From Pocillopora damicornis (lineage: Eukaryota): 64,000 nucleotides of DNA. Both the position numbers and the translations under genes were made by a program. Below, in pieces: positions 62,674-64,000 of this stretch; positions within the stretch are counted from its first letter, which is position 1; each line of letters starts with the position of its first letter. The notes under the pieces are model-generated. The model was not told the origin of the DNA. It saw only the letters and a program-made list of their open reading frames with translations, and ran no database searches. The stretch spans positions 1 to 64,000 of the forward strand of contig NW_020846522.1 in the NCBI RefSeq assembly GCF_003704095.1. Reading direction: 5' to 3'.

Positions 62674-63195
62674 ATGGAAAGGATAACCAAAAGAGCTCCT
62701 CTCGTCCGACTCGACACGATCGAGGAAACATCAGAACCAGAAGAGAGCAGCAATTATTGTTTGGATTCAGCGCTGCCACGAAAACAATTTGGAAGATCCC
62801 TTGATTTTTCAACTCTAAGGAGAAAAAGAATTGGCTCTCATCACACCAGACGAGTACGCAATAAAACTGACATGGAACATGATCATTCGATTTCTCAGGA
62901 ATGTACTGGTGAACCTACAAAAACAATAAAGACTGGAGAAGGGACAAGATCTCACAAAGGAAAAAACCGCAATGTTAAAAAGAGACAAACAGACAACATT
63001 AATTCACCGGACATGACACAAGTTAAAATGCTCTTCCCAGACTTTTTCCCGAAGAGTTCCATTACTCAAATGAGATGGCAAAGTGAATTGGCTGGCACTA
63101 ATTATCAAAACTACAGAAACCTGCGAAAGAGAAAGGAAGAGGATCCTCTGATTCATTCTTGGCTAAACTTATTTGGCGCTCGTGCTATATTTTAG
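62674..63195 (+). CDS. Motif-family member M (173 aa)
   Basis: PLVRLDTIEETSEPEE (62710-62727), DMTQVKMLFPDFFP and EEDPLIHSWLNLFG. Confidence 0.88.
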   Translation: MERITKRAPLVRLDTIEETSEPEESSNYCLDSALPRKQFGRSLDFSTLRRKRIGSHHTRRVRNKTDMEHDHSISQECTGEPTKTIKTGEGTRSHKGKNRNVKKRQTDNINSPDMTQVKMLFPDFFPKSSITQMRWQSELAGTNYQNYRNLRKRKEEDPLIHSWLNLFGARAIF

Positions 63196-64000
63196 AATTT
63201 ATCACTTTTTGTTTCCATAACCTATTTAAGCCATGGAAAAATTTTACCATCCAAGCGGTACCTCGGGAAATGGAAAGCAATATCAACTTTTTTTAAACAT
63301 CATAAAAAATCGAATGTTCTATCCTAACTTTTATTTTCAGCAAGAAATCGGAAACATGAATTGCTTTTAAAATACAACAGCAGAACATCACATTAGCGGT
63401 AGCGTGCAGGCTACCAGCTGTAACGTGATTATATACATAAATGAGTAAAGTTTAGATTAACAAGATCCTGCGTGGCCTACTGTTTAAGATATCTATATTG
63501 CCAGTGGACAAAACGAACTCGAGAAAACTTAGAATGGGAAAAGTTTTAAGTCTTTCTTCGTTAGTTGAATTCCAAACGCATTCTCCCACAACAGAGTCAA
63601 CAGAGGGCAGACCATAAAGATCTGATACCCGCTTCAACGGCCTGCCGTCAACAAGGTTTTTATGAACCCCAGTGCAATTGGAAATAATTTGAATTAGCAG
63701 CATAAATGAAGTTTTTATGCAGTCAGGTGTAAAAGCGGTAAATAAAGCTGGATTGGTTTTAAAGCTGTTCCATCACACGGGAACCTCTCCTCGACACGAA
63801 GTACGACTAGTTCCGAGCCAAATGCAGTTAGGAAGACAGATAACCCCGGAAAATAAACTTCAGAAAAGATACCTGGAAATAAAAGAAGGGAATTTCTTAG
63901 AAGTGCCTCAAGCACTTTTTAATCGCCAAAAATCCAATTTTAGCTCAATCCTCGCCCGCTTTATTCTAAATCCGAATTCATAACTTGACTCTAACTCGCT

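Noticed and set aside
10253-62804. Antisense and alternative-frame ORFs overlapping family genes (e.g. 10253-10525, 13323-13583, 33120-33414, 41568-42247, 58007-58330)
   Set aside because: Shadows of the real coding frames with no independent evidence.
63534-63983. MGKVLSLSSLVE... in frame with ORF 63717..63983 (LVLKLF)
   Set aside because: Three stops in 61 codons is the random expectation, and there is no FPxFF or W motif.

Overview
AT-rich eukaryotic draft scaffold with five N-gaps (2202-2300, 2477-2722, 14546-14807, 31305-31761, 39183-39316). It shows no operon structure, and I found no rRNA, tRNA or CRISPR. The dispersed MITE-like repeats resemble ones I recall from stony-coral genomes, so a scleractinian host is an unverified inference. 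The main content is a cluster of at least 12 apparently intronless ORFs plus one interrupted by a single stop (90-204 aa, both strands, mostly every 3-7 kb from 4 kb to 63 kb). They are barely alignable overall but share up to three short motifs in a fixed order. These are an N-terminal L-x-x-[IV]-x-E usually followed by acidic residues (the consensus PP2A-B56 docking motif), a central [FL]-P-[DE]-F-F-P, and a C-terminal W-[LMIV]-x(2,3)-[FY]-G. I do not recognise this as a named family. Neighbouring copies form subfamilies, and several have lost a motif through stops or frameshifts whose relics are still readable, consistent with birth-and-death evolution of a motif-based adaptor family. Intergenic DNA holds non-autonomous TIR elements, a decayed OTU-protease fragment between inverted repeats, a ~107-bp tandem array and local duplications. 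The labels A-M are mine.
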